A stretch of 64,000 nt of DNA from an uncultured Gemmataceae bacterium (GCA_963750165.1 CAVVPN010000012.1:416001-480000); one strand, 5' to 3'. Counted from the stretch's first letter, positions 10,202 through 19,256 are shown. The notes: generated by a model from the sequence alone, not told the origin. Numbers and translations are program-made.

Positions 10202-10945
10202 TCAGGTCAGGCGTGCCCGCGGCTTCGGTTTCTTGAAGTCGTCGCGGTTGCCGCTGTAGATCATGATGTAGAAATACGGGTTGTCCATGTCGTGGACGCT
10301 GATACTGAAGCGTCCGCTGCGCAAATTGCCCGCGAACTCCAGCGCGCTTTTCTTGTTGAACTGATTGACGGACAGCACATAGACGTGCGCCACCTGCGCC
10401 GATTCATTGGGCCGGTTGAAGGCGAACACCAGATACGGGACGGGTTGCCCCTGAAACAGGGCCAGGTGATACCCTTCCAGCAGCCGATAGTTCAGATCCT
10501 CGGGCGCCTTCATCTGGACCTTGAACTCCTCCTTGAAAGCTTCCTCCACCTGCTTGTCCGTTGTCGGGGCGCGGTTCGCCGCCTGGGCGACGGCCGGCAA
10601 ATCCACGTCCGGCACCCGCGGAGCCCACAGTACATAACCGAGCCCGAGCCCGATGGTCAGCAGCAATACGGCGGCGGCGGCGACCTTCCCCCAGCCGCGC
10701 CGCCAGGCCTCGCGCTCCGCGTCCAGGCGCACCAGCAGTCGCTCGCGCAGGCCGCTCGGCACCTTCACAGCCTGCATGGCACGGCTGAAGCGGTCGTCGG
10801 CGCGGCGCTCGTCGTGCGCCAGGGCGGCGCAGGCGGCGCAACCGTCGAGGTGCTGTTGCAACGCTTCCGCTTCGGCCGCGTCGGTCTCCGTGGGATTGCT
10901 GGGGCGGACAAAAGCCAGGAGCAGACGGGCGGTGTTACAATCCAT
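10202..10945 (-). CDS. Zinc-binding anti-sigma factor (zf-HC2)
   Basis: HLDGCAAC motif, single TM, extracytoplasmic C-terminus; overlaps the sigma gene end. Confidence 0.85.
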   Translation of the reverse strand: MDCNTARLLLAFVRPSNPTETDAAEAEALQQHLDGCAACAALAHDERRADDRFSRAMQAVKVPSGLRERLLVRLDAEREAWRRGWGKVAAAAVLLLTIGLGLGYVLWAPRVPDVDLPAVAQAANRAPTTDKQVEEAFKEEFKVQMKAPEDLNYRLLEGYHLALFQGQPVPYLVFAFNRPNESAQVAHVYVLSVNQFNKKSALEFAGNLRSGRFSISVHDMDNPYFYIMIYSGNRDDFKKPKPRARLT

Positions 10946-11480
10946 CGTTCGCCCTCCCGGTGCCCTCGGTGACCGCCGCGGAGGCCGCCGGCAGCAGGCG
11001 AGCCCGCAGGTGGACCTTGGCACGTGCGAGCCGCGACATCACCGTACCGATCGGCAAATCCATCTGCTCGGCGATGTCGCGGTATGAGAACTCCTCAAAA
11101 TAATACAATATGATCGGGGTCCGATACACCTCAGGTAACTCGTTCAGTGCCTGCTGCAGCTGGTCGGGATCGACCTCGGGCAGCGGTTCGGGTAAACGCT
11201 CGGGTATGTCGCCGACCAGGTCCAGCGACACCGCCGGCCGTTGCTTCTCGGCGCGCGTGCGGTGGAGGTAGCCATTGCGCAGGATGCTGAACAGCCAGGC
11301 CTTGGCCCGGGCGGGGTCGCGGAGCTGGCCCAGTTTGAGCTGGGCCTGGCAAAAAGCCTCCTGGGTCAGGTCCTCGGCATCCGCGGCCGAGCCCGACAGA
11401 CGGTAGGCGTAGCGGTACAGAGCCGCGTAGTGTTCCTCGACCAGCTTCTGCACAGAACGTCTGTTGCTGGGCACGTTCAT
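10935..11480 (-). CDS. ECF RNA polymerase sigma factor
   Basis: DAEDLTQEAF, AWLFSI, SYRDIAEQMDLPIGTVMSRLARA. Confidence 0.95.
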   Translation of the reverse strand: MNVPSNRRSVQKLVEEHYAALYRYAYRLSGSAADAEDLTQEAFCQAQLKLGQLRDPARAKAWLFSILRNGYLHRTRAEKQRPAVSLDLVGDIPERLPEPLPEVDPDQLQQALNELPEVYRTPIILYYFEEFSYRDIAEQMDLPIGTVMSRLARAKVHLRARLLPAASAAVTEGTGRANDGL

Positions 11481-11757
11481 GGGCCACCTTCTCCACCAAC
11501 GCACGAGCCCGCGCCGGGACGATTTATTCCCGAACGGGGAGAAATTTCAAAAAAAACCGCCGAGCCCCCTACCACTGCCGTGCGGCCTTCTTATAACGCA
11601 TGGGTAGACTACGCGAAGCCACGGTCCCTGGGCAACTCAATTCATCCCTCCGGGGCGGATTGCGCTGCCCGAACCTGGGAATCCACCACTGACACGCCGT
11701 GGCCACCCCCACCCGGGGGACGAACGGAAGCCCCAGGGCCGCGGGAATTTTTTTTCG

Positions 11758-11784
11758 GGAATAAAACACGCAGGTTGGTGTCAT
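11758..11784 (+). promoter_or_regulatory. Putative ECF-type promoter
   Basis: GGAAT-N17-GTCAT; similar GGGAT-N17-GTTTG at 12432-12458; TTCGGGAATAAA also on the minus strand at 11523-11534. Confidence 0.5.
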
Positions 11785-11866
11785 AGCCTACGAACTCGGC
11801 AGTCGGGGATACTGACCGAGGATGTTTCTCCCCATTTCGCACCTGTGTGGAAAGGACGGACAAACC

Positions 11867-12364
11867 GTGCAGAAGCTCCTGGGAATTCTGGTGATGGGCC
11901 TGGCCTTCACCCTGATGGCCGGCACCGTCGGCTGCCAAAAGGAGAAGGACAAGGAAAAGGACAAGAAGGAGACCGCCGCCGGCAAGGACAAGGACAAGGA
12001 CAAGGACAAGGAAAAGGACAAGGAAAAGGAAAAGGACAAGGAAAAGGACAAGGACAAGGGGAAGACCACCACGTACGAATTTGACACCATCAAGGAACAG
12101 AAGGTGGACAAGGCGACCGGCAAGAAGGGCACCCTGAAAGTGGCCGTGGAGTTGAAGGAAAAGGCCGCCCACAAACTGACCATCACCGCCACGAGCAAGG
12201 ACAAGGGCATCACCGGCACCGGTGAGATCACCAAGGGCGACAAGAAGGGCGATGTCATGCTTACCTTCGTGGATGTCGCTCAGGGCGATCACACCGTGGA
12301 TCTCGCTATCGGTGGCACGGACAGCACCGGCAAGGGCTCGTTCACTCTGAAGGTCGAAAAGTAA
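11867..12364 (+). CDS. Lipoprotein with KD/KE dipeptide repeat tract and C-terminal beta-rich domain (165 aa)
   Basis: GTG start after AAGGA; signal ending TVGC; KEKDKEKDKK..KDKDKDKDKEKDKEKEKDKEKDKDK. Confidence 0.85.
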   Translation: MQKLLGILVMGLAFTLMAGTVGCQKEKDKEKDKKETAAGKDKDKDKDKEKDKEKEKDKEKDKDKGKTTTYEFDTIKEQKVDKATGKKGTLKVAVELKEKAAHKLTITATSKDKGITGTGEITKGDKKGDVMLTFVDVAQGDHTVDLAIGGTDSTGKGSFTLKVEK

Positions 12365-12483
12365 CGCCTCCTCAACGTCAAGATTTGGTGACTCGACACG
12401 CACTTTTCTGTGAATGACGCCTGAATATGATGGGATATTCAGGATCAGCTAGTGTTTGAACCTCGCGAAAGGATGGTTTTCCT

Positions 12484-12633
12484 GTGAAGAAATTGCTCAC
12501 GCTTCTGGCCGCTGTGGCGTTGGTCTTCTCCTTGACCATCGCCAACGTCGGCTGCAACAAGGAAAAGGAAAAGGAAAAGGACAAGGCCGGCGAGAAGGAC
12601 AAGGACAAGGACAAGGACAAGGACAAGAAGTAA
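12484..12633 (+). CDS. 49-aa lipopeptide precursor, mature part almost pure KE/KD repeat (not in ORF track)
   Basis: MKKLLTLLAAVALVFSLTIANVG-CNKEKEKEKDKAGEKDKDKDKDKDKK; AAGGA RBS upstream, hairpin downstream. Confidence 0.8.
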   Translation: MKKLLTLLAAVALVFSLTIANVGCNKEKEKEKDKAGEKDKDKDKDKDKK

Positions 12634-12655
12634 TCCACGTCTGACGATCCAACAG

Positions 12656-12684
12656 GAGCCGGCCACCCCCGTGGCCGGCTCTTT
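12656..12684 (+). terminator. Intrinsic terminator-like hairpin
   Basis: GAGCCGGCCAC-CCCC-GTGGCCGGCTC-TTT. Confidence 0.65.
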
Positions 12685-12716
12685 GCACTTCGGTTGCCCA
12701 GGGCGAGGGAACGAAC

Positions 12717-12848
12717 GTGAAACACTTCCTGGCTTTTCTGCTACTGCTGGCGGTGACGGTGCCGCTGCTGCTCGGCTGCGGCGGCGACAAGGAAAACAAG
12801 AATAGTAACCGCGACCGCGACAAGCCGAAGCCCGCGAGCGGCTTCTGA
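12717..12848 (+). CDS. 43-aa lipopeptide precursor (not in ORF track)
   Basis: MKHFLAFLLLLAVTVPLLLG-CGGDKENKNSNRDRDKPKPASGF; GAGGGA RBS. Confidence 0.7.
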   Translation: MKHFLAFLLLLAVTVPLLLGCGGDKENKNSNRDRDKPKPASGF

Positions 12849-12869
12849 GCGACGGTGCCCGACGCTTCT

Positions 12870-12937
12870 GGCGAGCGGCGCGGCGTCAGGCCGCCGGTAC
12901 GGTGAAGCACCGGCGGGTTGACGCCGCGCCGCTCGCC
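12870..12937. repeat. REP-like palindrome
   Basis: GGCGAGCGGCGCGGCGTCA...TGACGCCGCGCCGCTCGCC. Confidence 0.8.
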
Positions 12938-13004
12938 CACCGCTGGCCTTGCCTCCCGCCCCGGCGGCTGCGATGATGACCAGGAAAAAAGGAGCCACCC
13001 CGCC

Positions 13005-14144
13005 ATGTCGCAGCCGCCGCTGGGCCGCAGCACACCGCTGGTGCCGCCGCTGTATCTGTCCTCCGTCTACACCCTGCCGGACCTCGACGCGCTCGACCGC
13101 ATCATCAACGCGGAGGAGCCCGGCTACGTCTACGCCCGCGACGCCCACCCCAACGCCCGCCACCTGGCGGCCGAGCTGGCAGCGCTGGAGGCCGCCGACT
13201 GGGCCGTCATCTGCGGTTCCGGCATGGCCGCCATCAGCGCGTTCCTGCTCGCCATTCTGCAACAGGGCGACCGCCTTGTCGCCGGCAACCGTCTGTACGG
13301 CCGCACTGCCCAGCTGTTCGACCCGGAGCTGACGCGCTTCGGCATCCGCACCACCTTCGTCGATGCCAACGACCTCGACGCCGTCAAGCGGGCCCTGGCG
13401 GAGCCGGCGAAGGTGCTGTTCGTTGAGACGCTGTCCAATCCGCTGCTACGCCTGGTGGACGTGCCGGCGCTGGCGCAGCTGGCGCGCGAGCGGCACTGCC
13501 TGCTCATGGTGGACAACACCTTCGCGACGCCGGTGCTGACCCGGCCGCTGACGCTGGGTGCCGACATCGTGATGGAGAGCCTGACGAAGATGATCGGCGG
13601 CCACTCCGACGTGACGCTGGGCGTGGTGGCCGGCAAGGGCGAGCTGCTGCCACAGGTCAGCGCGACGGTGAGTATCTGGGGGCTGGCGAGCAACCCGTTC
13701 GACTGCTGGCTGGCGCAGCGCGGCCTGGCGACGCTGCCGTTGCGGATGCGGGCGGCGTCGGCGAACGCGACGCGGTTGGCGGACTGGCTGGCGGACCAGG
13801 GCGGTGTGCAGCGCGTCGTCTACCCGGGCCGGCAGGACCACCCCGACCATGCGCTGGCGAAGACGCTGTTGCAGGGCGGCTGCGGCAACATGCTGAGCTT
13901 CGAGGTGCGCGGCGGTCGCGAGGGAGTGAATCGGTTCATGCGATTGGCGCCGGGGGTGCCGTTCAGCCCGTCGCTGGGCAACACGACAACGACGCTGAGC
14001 CATCCGGCGTCCACGTCGCACCGTTACGTCAGCCCAGCAGAGCGGCGGCGGCAGGGCATCACCGATGAGCTGATTCGGCTGTCCGTCGGTGTTGAGGAAT
14101 TCGAGCACATCCAGCGCGAGATGGCGAAGGGGCTGGCGGGGTAG
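13005..14144 (+). CDS. PLP-dependent trans-sulfuration enzyme (cystathionine gamma-synthase / methionine gamma-lyase family)
   Basis: YARDAHPN, SGMAAI, VDNTFATP, ESLTKMIGGHSD, LIRLSVGVE; AAGGAG RBS. Confidence 0.93.
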   Translation: MSQPPLGRSTPLVPPLYLSSVYTLPDLDALDRIINAEEPGYVYARDAHPNARHLAAELAALEAADWAVICGSGMAAISAFLLAILQQGDRLVAGNRLYGRTAQLFDPELTRFGIRTTFVDANDLDAVKRALAEPAKVLFVETLSNPLLRLVDVPALAQLARERHCLLMVDNTFATPVLTRPLTLGADIVMESLTKMIGGHSDVTLGVVAGKGELLPQVSATVSIWGLASNPFDCWLAQRGLATLPLRMRAASANATRLADWLADQGGVQRVVYPGRQDHPDHALAKTLLQGGCGNMLSFEVRGGREGVNRFMRLAPGVPFSPSLGNTTTTLSHPASTSHRYVSPAERRRQGITDELIRLSVGVEEFEHIQREMAKGLAG

Positions 14145-14159
14145 GGTGTGGCTGTCTTC

Positions 14160-14220
14160 GTTCGTAGTACCGCCTTCAGGCGGGTGGGAGCGAAGACCGC
14201 CTGAAGGCGGTACCATGAAC
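14160..14220. repeat. GTAG-type REP doublet
   Basis: GTAGTACCGCCTTCAGGCGG...CCGCCTGAAGGCGGTACCAT. Confidence 0.85.
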
Positions 14221-14248
14221 GAAGCAGCCCGCCACGGAGGGTCAGCGA

Positions 14249-15061
14249 ATGCCCAGCGCATTCTGGCTGCGGCTGCGGCGGTGGTGGTTGCTGCCGCTGG
14301 AACTGGGCGACTGCCTGCGTGGCCGGCGCGACCCGCTGCTGCCGCCGCGCTGGCTGCGTCTGGCGGCCGGCGGCGACTTCACGGCCGTCGGCGACCGCGT
14401 GTTGACGCACTGCCGCGAGCTGGCGGACCTGCGGCCCACGGACCGCGTGCTGGAGGTCGGCTGCGGTGTCGGCCGCATCGCCCGGGCGCTGGCAACGTAC
14501 CTGGAACCGCCCGGTTCCTATGACGGCTTTGACGTGGTGGCTTCGGCCGTGCGCTGGTGTCAACGGCACCTGACGCCACGCTATCCGCACTTCCGCTTCC
14601 AACACGTGGACCTGCGCAACGGCGGCTACAACCCGCGCGGCCGGCTCCGCGCCGAGGACTTCGCCTTCCCACACGCGGACGCCAGCTTCGACCTGGTGCT
14701 GCTGGCGTCGGTGTGTACGCACCTGCTGCCGGCGGAAGTGACGCACTACCTGGCGGAGGTGGCGCGGGTGCTGCGGCCCGGCGGCCGGTTGCTGGCGACG
14801 TTCTTCCTGCTCAACGCGGAGTCGCTGGCGCGGATGGCCGGCCCGGACAGTCGCTTCAACTTCGCACACACCGGCCCGGGCTACCGCACGACGCGGCCGG
14901 ATCGCCCCGAGGTCGCGGTGGCCTACGCCGAGGACGACCTGCGCCGCCTGCTCGACCAGGCCGGTTTGGCACCGCGGGGGTCGATCGCGTATGGCAGCTG
15001 GTGCGGCCGTGCCGGTGCGCGCGAGGGCCAGGACGTGCTCGTGGCGCAGAAGAATTGCTAA
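14249..15061 (+). CDS. Class I SAM-dependent methyltransferase
   Basis: VLEVGCGVGR, SFDLV, RVLRPGG. Confidence 0.9.
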   Translation: MPSAFWLRLRRWWLLPLELGDCLRGRRDPLLPPRWLRLAAGGDFTAVGDRVLTHCRELADLRPTDRVLEVGCGVGRIARALATYLEPPGSYDGFDVVASAVRWCQRHLTPRYPHFRFQHVDLRNGGYNPRGRLRAEDFAFPHADASFDLVLLASVCTHLLPAEVTHYLAEVARVLRPGGRLLATFFLLNAESLARMAGPDSRFNFAHTGPGYRTTRPDRPEVAVAYAEDDLRRLLDQAGLAPRGSIAYGSWCGRAGAREGQDVLVAQKNC

Positions 15062-15143
15062 GAGCGGTTTGCCCTGGGGTGTAGCGGAAGTCGCCAGACT
15101 TCCGTCCGGCGCTGCACGGAAGTCTGGCGACTTCCACTACACC
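15062..15143. repeat. GTAG-type REP doublet (GTAGCGGAAGTCGCCAGACTTCCG) preceded by a GAGCGGTTTGC end
   Basis: Arms 15078-15105 and 15116-15143; homologue at 22995-23045 in opposite orientation. Confidence 0.85.
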
Positions 15144-15209
15144 TATCGAAAAAACAACGGGGGCGGGCGGACCTGACCCACCCGCCTCCGTTCGTATGCC
15201 GTCACGATG

Positions 15210-17156
15210 TCACTTGGCGCCCCACAACCGTACGGTGTTGTCCTGGCTGCCGGACACCAGGAACCGGCCGTCCGGCGAAAAGTCCAGCGCCCGCACGTAG
15301 TTCGTGTGGCCCGTCAGCTGCCGCAGTTCCTTGCCGCTGTGGAGGTCGAAGACGCGGATGACGTTATTGTTGTTGTTGAACTGCACGGTGCCGTCGTTCA
15401 GTACCATGCCGCCGCCGCAGGCCGTGTACACCCGCCGGCCGTCCGGCGAGATCGCCACGTACCACACCATGCCCGGATGCGTCAACTGCCGCAGTTCCTT
15501 GCCCGCGTCCACGTCCCAGACCTTGACGGTGTTGTCGAAGCTGCTCGTCACCGCGCGCTTGCCGTCCGGCGACAGCGCCACGTGCTGCACCGATTTGTTG
15601 TGCTTGAACTGCCGCACTTCCTGGCCCGTCTCCAGGTTCCACACCCGCACCGTGAAGTCCACGCTGCAGCTGATCGCCCGCTTGCCGTCCTTGCTGATGC
15701 CCAGGCCGTTGATGTAGTTCGTGTGACCGGTCATCGTTCGCAGGGCGTTGTTGCCGTTGTTCAGGTCGAAGATGCGGATCGAGCGGTCGTCGCAGGCGCT
15801 GATGACCTTGTTGCCCGGCAGGAAGCGGACGGCTCGCACCCAGTCGTTGTGGCCGAAGTAGCGGCGGACTTCCTGGCCGGTTTCCAGGTTCCACAGTCGC
15901 ATGCTGTTGTCCGTGCTGCCCGACAGGCCGTACTTCCTGTCCGGCGAGATGGCCACGCTCTGGATGGAGCCGTTGTGGCCGAAGAAGTCGCGTTTCTTTT
16001 GACCGTTGGTCGCGTCCCAGAGCCGCACAGCGTTGTCACCGCTGCCGCCCGAGAGAATCAACTTGCCGTCGCTGCTGATGGTCACCGACTGCACGCCGCC
16101 GACGTGTGCTTCGATCTTGCGCAACTCGGTGGTGATCTCCGCCCCCGAGAAGGACACCACGCCCGAACCGGCCGGGAACAGCCGGGCCAGCTCCTCGACC
16201 TGTTTTTCGATGCGCACCTTGGTCAGGCCGTTCAGCATCGGCAGCGCGATCTGATACCAGTGATAGGCCCGGCGGAAGGTCTGACGCTGGGCCAGGCCCT
16301 TGTCCTTTTCGCCCAGTTCGTACCACAGATCGGCCAGAGCCACCTGCTCGCGCGGCACCTTGGGGTGGCCCAGGTCGCGCTCGGCGAGGGCTTTGAGAAC
16401 GGCGTCGGTGCCCTTGGCCAGCAGCGGCAGGCCCTTGTCGTAGTTGCCCTTGGCGAAGCAGTAGTATTTGCCGACCGCCAGGGCCGCTTCCTTGTCGGTG
16501 CCGGCCTTCGCCAGCAGCGGCTTGATGTTGTCGAAGGCCTTCCGGGCGTCCTTGACCTCGTCGAGCCGCTTCTGGACGCGGGCGGCCAGGGCCAGCTTCT
16601 CGCTCTTGACGGCGGCCTTGTCGGCGGTGGCGACCAGCTTGTCCGCGGCGGCGAAGTTATCGACGTTCAGCGCTTCCTCGACCAGGTTCAGCAGCGCCTC
16701 GGTCAGGGCGATGGCGTCCTCCCGGGAGGTGGTGTTCTTCTCCACCTGGGCGTAAATCGACGCCTTCATCTCCACGGTATCGACCTTGAAGAGCTTGCTC
16801 AGCTCGCCGATGGCCTCCAGAGCGCCGGTGTTGTCGCCGGCGCGGGCGAACAATTCGCTGGCCAGCTTCAGGGCCATGAATTGCAGATGATCGTCGTCCT
16901 TTTCCATCTTGCCCTGACTGAGCAGTTCGCCGCCCAGAGACTGGGCGGCGGCCTTGTCCGTCAGGGCCTCCTTGAACCGGGCGGCGAACAGTTTGGAGAT
17001 GGTGGCCTCGGCCTTGCCCTGATCTTCCGCGCTGGGCACGTTTTTCTTCAGACCGGGCTCCTGGGCGTCCATCGGCACGACGGCCAGCAGCAGCGATACC
17101 GCCGCGACCGCCGCGAACAGGGCGGCGATGCGACGCAGGGATGGTGAACACAACAT
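15210..17156 (-). CDS. Secreted protein, N-terminal helical domain + WD40 beta-propeller (648 aa)
   Basis: Signal peptide; about seven GH..WD repeats. Confidence 0.92.
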   Translation of the reverse strand: MLCSPSLRRIAALFAAVAAVSLLLAVVPMDAQEPGLKKNVPSAEDQGKAEATISKLFAARFKEALTDKAAAQSLGGELLSQGKMEKDDDHLQFMALKLASELFARAGDNTGALEAIGELSKLFKVDTVEMKASIYAQVEKNTTSREDAIALTEALLNLVEEALNVDNFAAADKLVATADKAAVKSEKLALAARVQKRLDEVKDARKAFDNIKPLLAKAGTDKEAALAVGKYYCFAKGNYDKGLPLLAKGTDAVLKALAERDLGHPKVPREQVALADLWYELGEKDKGLAQRQTFRRAYHWYQIALPMLNGLTKVRIEKQVEELARLFPAGSGVVSFSGAEITTELRKIEAHVGGVQSVTISSDGKLILSGGSGDNAVRLWDATNGQKKRDFFGHNGSIQSVAISPDRKYGLSGSTDNSMRLWNLETGQEVRRYFGHNDWVRAVRFLPGNKVISACDDRSIRIFDLNNGNNALRTMTGHTNYINGLGISKDGKRAISCSVDFTVRVWNLETGQEVRQFKHNKSVQHVALSPDGKRAVTSSFDNTVKVWDVDAGKELRQLTHPGMVWYVAISPDGRRVYTACGGGMVLNDGTVQFNNNNNVIRVFDLHSGKELRQLTGHTNYVRALDFSPDGRFLVSGSQDNTVRLWGAK

Positions 17157-17309
17157 GGGGACCTCTACTTGGAAGTGTGACTGGGTACGACCTGGGGAAA
17201 CTCCGTCCTTTTCACACTACAGTGGCGGGACGGTCGCAGGTTGTCAACCAAAATTATCGCGCTCCAACCCAACATGACGACGCAGCGGCCACCGCGCTAA
17301 CCGTTTGGG

Positions 17310-19256
17310 TCATTTCGCGCCCCACAGCCGCACCGTACCGTCCTGGGCACCGGTCACCAGCACCCGGCCGTCCGCCGACAGGGTCAGCGTCATCACCCAC
17401 TGCGTATGGCCGCTCAGCGTCCGCAGTTCCTTGCCGGTTTGCAGGTCGAAGACACGCACCAGGTTGTTCGTGTTGCTGGGCTGCACCCCGCCGTTCACCA
17501 CCACACCGCCGCCGCTGGCGGTGTAAACGCGGCGGCTGTCCGGCGAGATCGCCACCTGCCACACCATGCCCGGGTGGGCCAGGGTGTGCAGCACCTTGTT
17601 GTTATCCACGTCCCAGACCTTGACGGTGTTGTCGTAACTGGTCGTCACCGCCCGCTTGCCGTCCGCTGACAGCGCCACGTGCTGCACCAGCAGCGTGAAC
17701 TGCAGCCGGCGCACTTCCTGCCCCGTCTCCAGGTTCCAGATGCGCGCGGTGTTGTCGCTGCTGCTGGTGGCGGCGCGTTTGCCGTCCTTGCTGACGGCCA
17801 CGCTGGTCATGTACGCCGTGTGGCCGGCCATCCTCCGGACCAGGTTGCCGTTGTTCAGGTCGAAGACGCGCACCTGGCCGTCGTCGCAGCCGGAGATCAC
17901 GTATTTGCCGCCCGGTACGAACTGGACCGCACGGATCGCGCCGCCGTGGCCGTTGAAGCGGCGCACCTCCTGACCGGTTTGCAGATTCCACAACCGCAGC
18001 GTGTTGTCGTTGCTGCCCGTCAGGCCCAGCTTGCCGTCCGCCGACACGGCCACGCCCATGGCGGCACCGTTGTTGATGCGAAAGTCTTGTTTTTTCTGGC
18101 CGGTGGCCGCGTCCCAGGCGCGGGCGATCACCTCGTTGTAGCTGCCCGTCATGACCACTTTGCCGTCCGCGCTGACCGCCACCGAGTTCACCTGCCCCTG
18201 GTGGGCCTGGCCGATGACGCGCTGCTCCTTCGCGATCTCCACCGTCAACGTCGCGCCGGTCACCGGGAACAGTTTGGTCAGTTCCTCGGCACGCATCTGC
18301 ACGCGGTCCTGCGTCAGGCCCTCGACCTCTGGCAGCGCCAGCTGATACCAGTGCAGCGCCCGGCGGAACAGCTGTCGCTGAGCCAGGCCCTTTTCCGACT
18401 TCGCCAGCTTGTACCAGTCGTGAGCCAGGTCCGCCTTGAGCTTGCCCTTGGCGGGCGCGGCCAGATCGCGCAGCGCCAGCTTTTTCAGCTCGGCGTGGTC
18501 GCCGCGGGCCAGCAGTGGCAGCCCCTTGTCGAACCGGCCCTTGAGGAAGCATAAGTAACGGCCGACCTCGCGGTGCGCCTCGGCGTCATCGGGGTTCTTG
18601 GCGACGCGTGCCACGAACGGCTTGACGGCTTCCGCAGCGGCTTTCGCCTCCTTGATCTCCTTGCCGCGGCCCTCCACCCGCGAGGCCAGCTGCAACTTGC
18701 CGGTCTTGACCACCGCCTTGTCGGCGACGGCCAGGAGCTTGTCGGCGGTGGCGAAGTGGTCGGCGGCCAGCGCGTCGTCGAGCAGGCCGAGCACCATCTC
18801 GGTCAGGGCGATGGCGTCCTCCTTGTTGGTGGTCTCCTTCTCCACCCGGGCGTAAATGGCGGCCTTCAGGTCGAGGGTGTCAACGGTGAACGACCGGGCC
18901 AACTCCTCGACGGCCTCCAGGGCGGCGGCATTGTCGCCGCCCTGTGCCGCCAGTTCGCTGGCCCGCTTCAGGCCCGCGAAGCGCAGGGCGTCGTCGTCGT
19001 GGGTGATCCGGGCTCGGGTCAGCAGGTAGTCGGCCAACTCGCGCGCCACGGCCTTGTCCTTCAACGCCTCCTTCAGCTTCGTAGCGAACAATTCCGCCAG
19101 CACGGCCTCAGCCTGGCCCAGGGCGGCGGCGTCCGGGGCGGGCCGTTTCTTGACCGGCTGCTGGCCGCCCGTCGGCGCCACCAGAGCCAGCACCAGGGCC
19201 GCCACAACCGCCGCCAACAGAGCGACGCCGGGCGAAAGCGGTGTTCGAGATGTCAT
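17310..19256 (-). CDS. Secreted WD40 repeat protein, tandem paralogue (648 aa)
   Basis: ATG 19256 with GGAGG RBS; colinear with 15210-17156, both end VRLWGAK. Confidence 0.92.
   Translation of the reverse strand: MTSRTPLSPGVALLAAVVAALVLALVAPTGGQQPVKKRPAPDAAALGQAEAVLAELFATKLKEALKDKAVARELADYLLTRARITHDDDALRFAGLKRASELAAQGGDNAAALEAVEELARSFTVDTLDLKAAIYARVEKETTNKEDAIALTEMVLGLLDDALAADHFATADKLLAVADKAVVKTGKLQLASRVEGRGKEIKEAKAAAEAVKPFVARVAKNPDDAEAHREVGRYLCFLKGRFDKGLPLLARGDHAELKKLALRDLAAPAKGKLKADLAHDWYKLAKSEKGLAQRQLFRRALHWYQLALPEVEGLTQDRVQMRAEELTKLFPVTGATLTVEIAKEQRVIGQAHQGQVNSVAVSADGKVVMTGSYNEVIARAWDAATGQKKQDFRINNGAAMGVAVSADGKLGLTGSNDNTLRLWNLQTGQEVRRFNGHGGAIRAVQFVPGGKYVISGCDDGQVRVFDLNNGNLVRRMAGHTAYMTSVAVSKDGKRAATSSSDNTARIWNLETGQEVRRLQFTLLVQHVALSADGKRAVTTSYDNTVKVWDVDNNKVLHTLAHPGMVWQVAISPDSRRVYTASGGGVVVNGGVQPSNTNNLVRVFDLQTGKELRTLSGHTQWVMTLTLSADGRVLVTGAQDGTVRLWGAK

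Noticed and set aside
11938..12630. AAGGAC/AAGGAA arrays as CRISPR or non-coding satellite; antisense (LS)n ORFs
   Set aside because: No spacers or cas genes; the arrays are in-frame KD/KE coding repeats and the minus-strand ORFs are their shadow
15210..19256. WD40 paralogues as a diversity-generating retroelement template/target pair
   Set aside because: No reverse transcriptase in the window and differences are not adenine-specific; ordinary gene duplication
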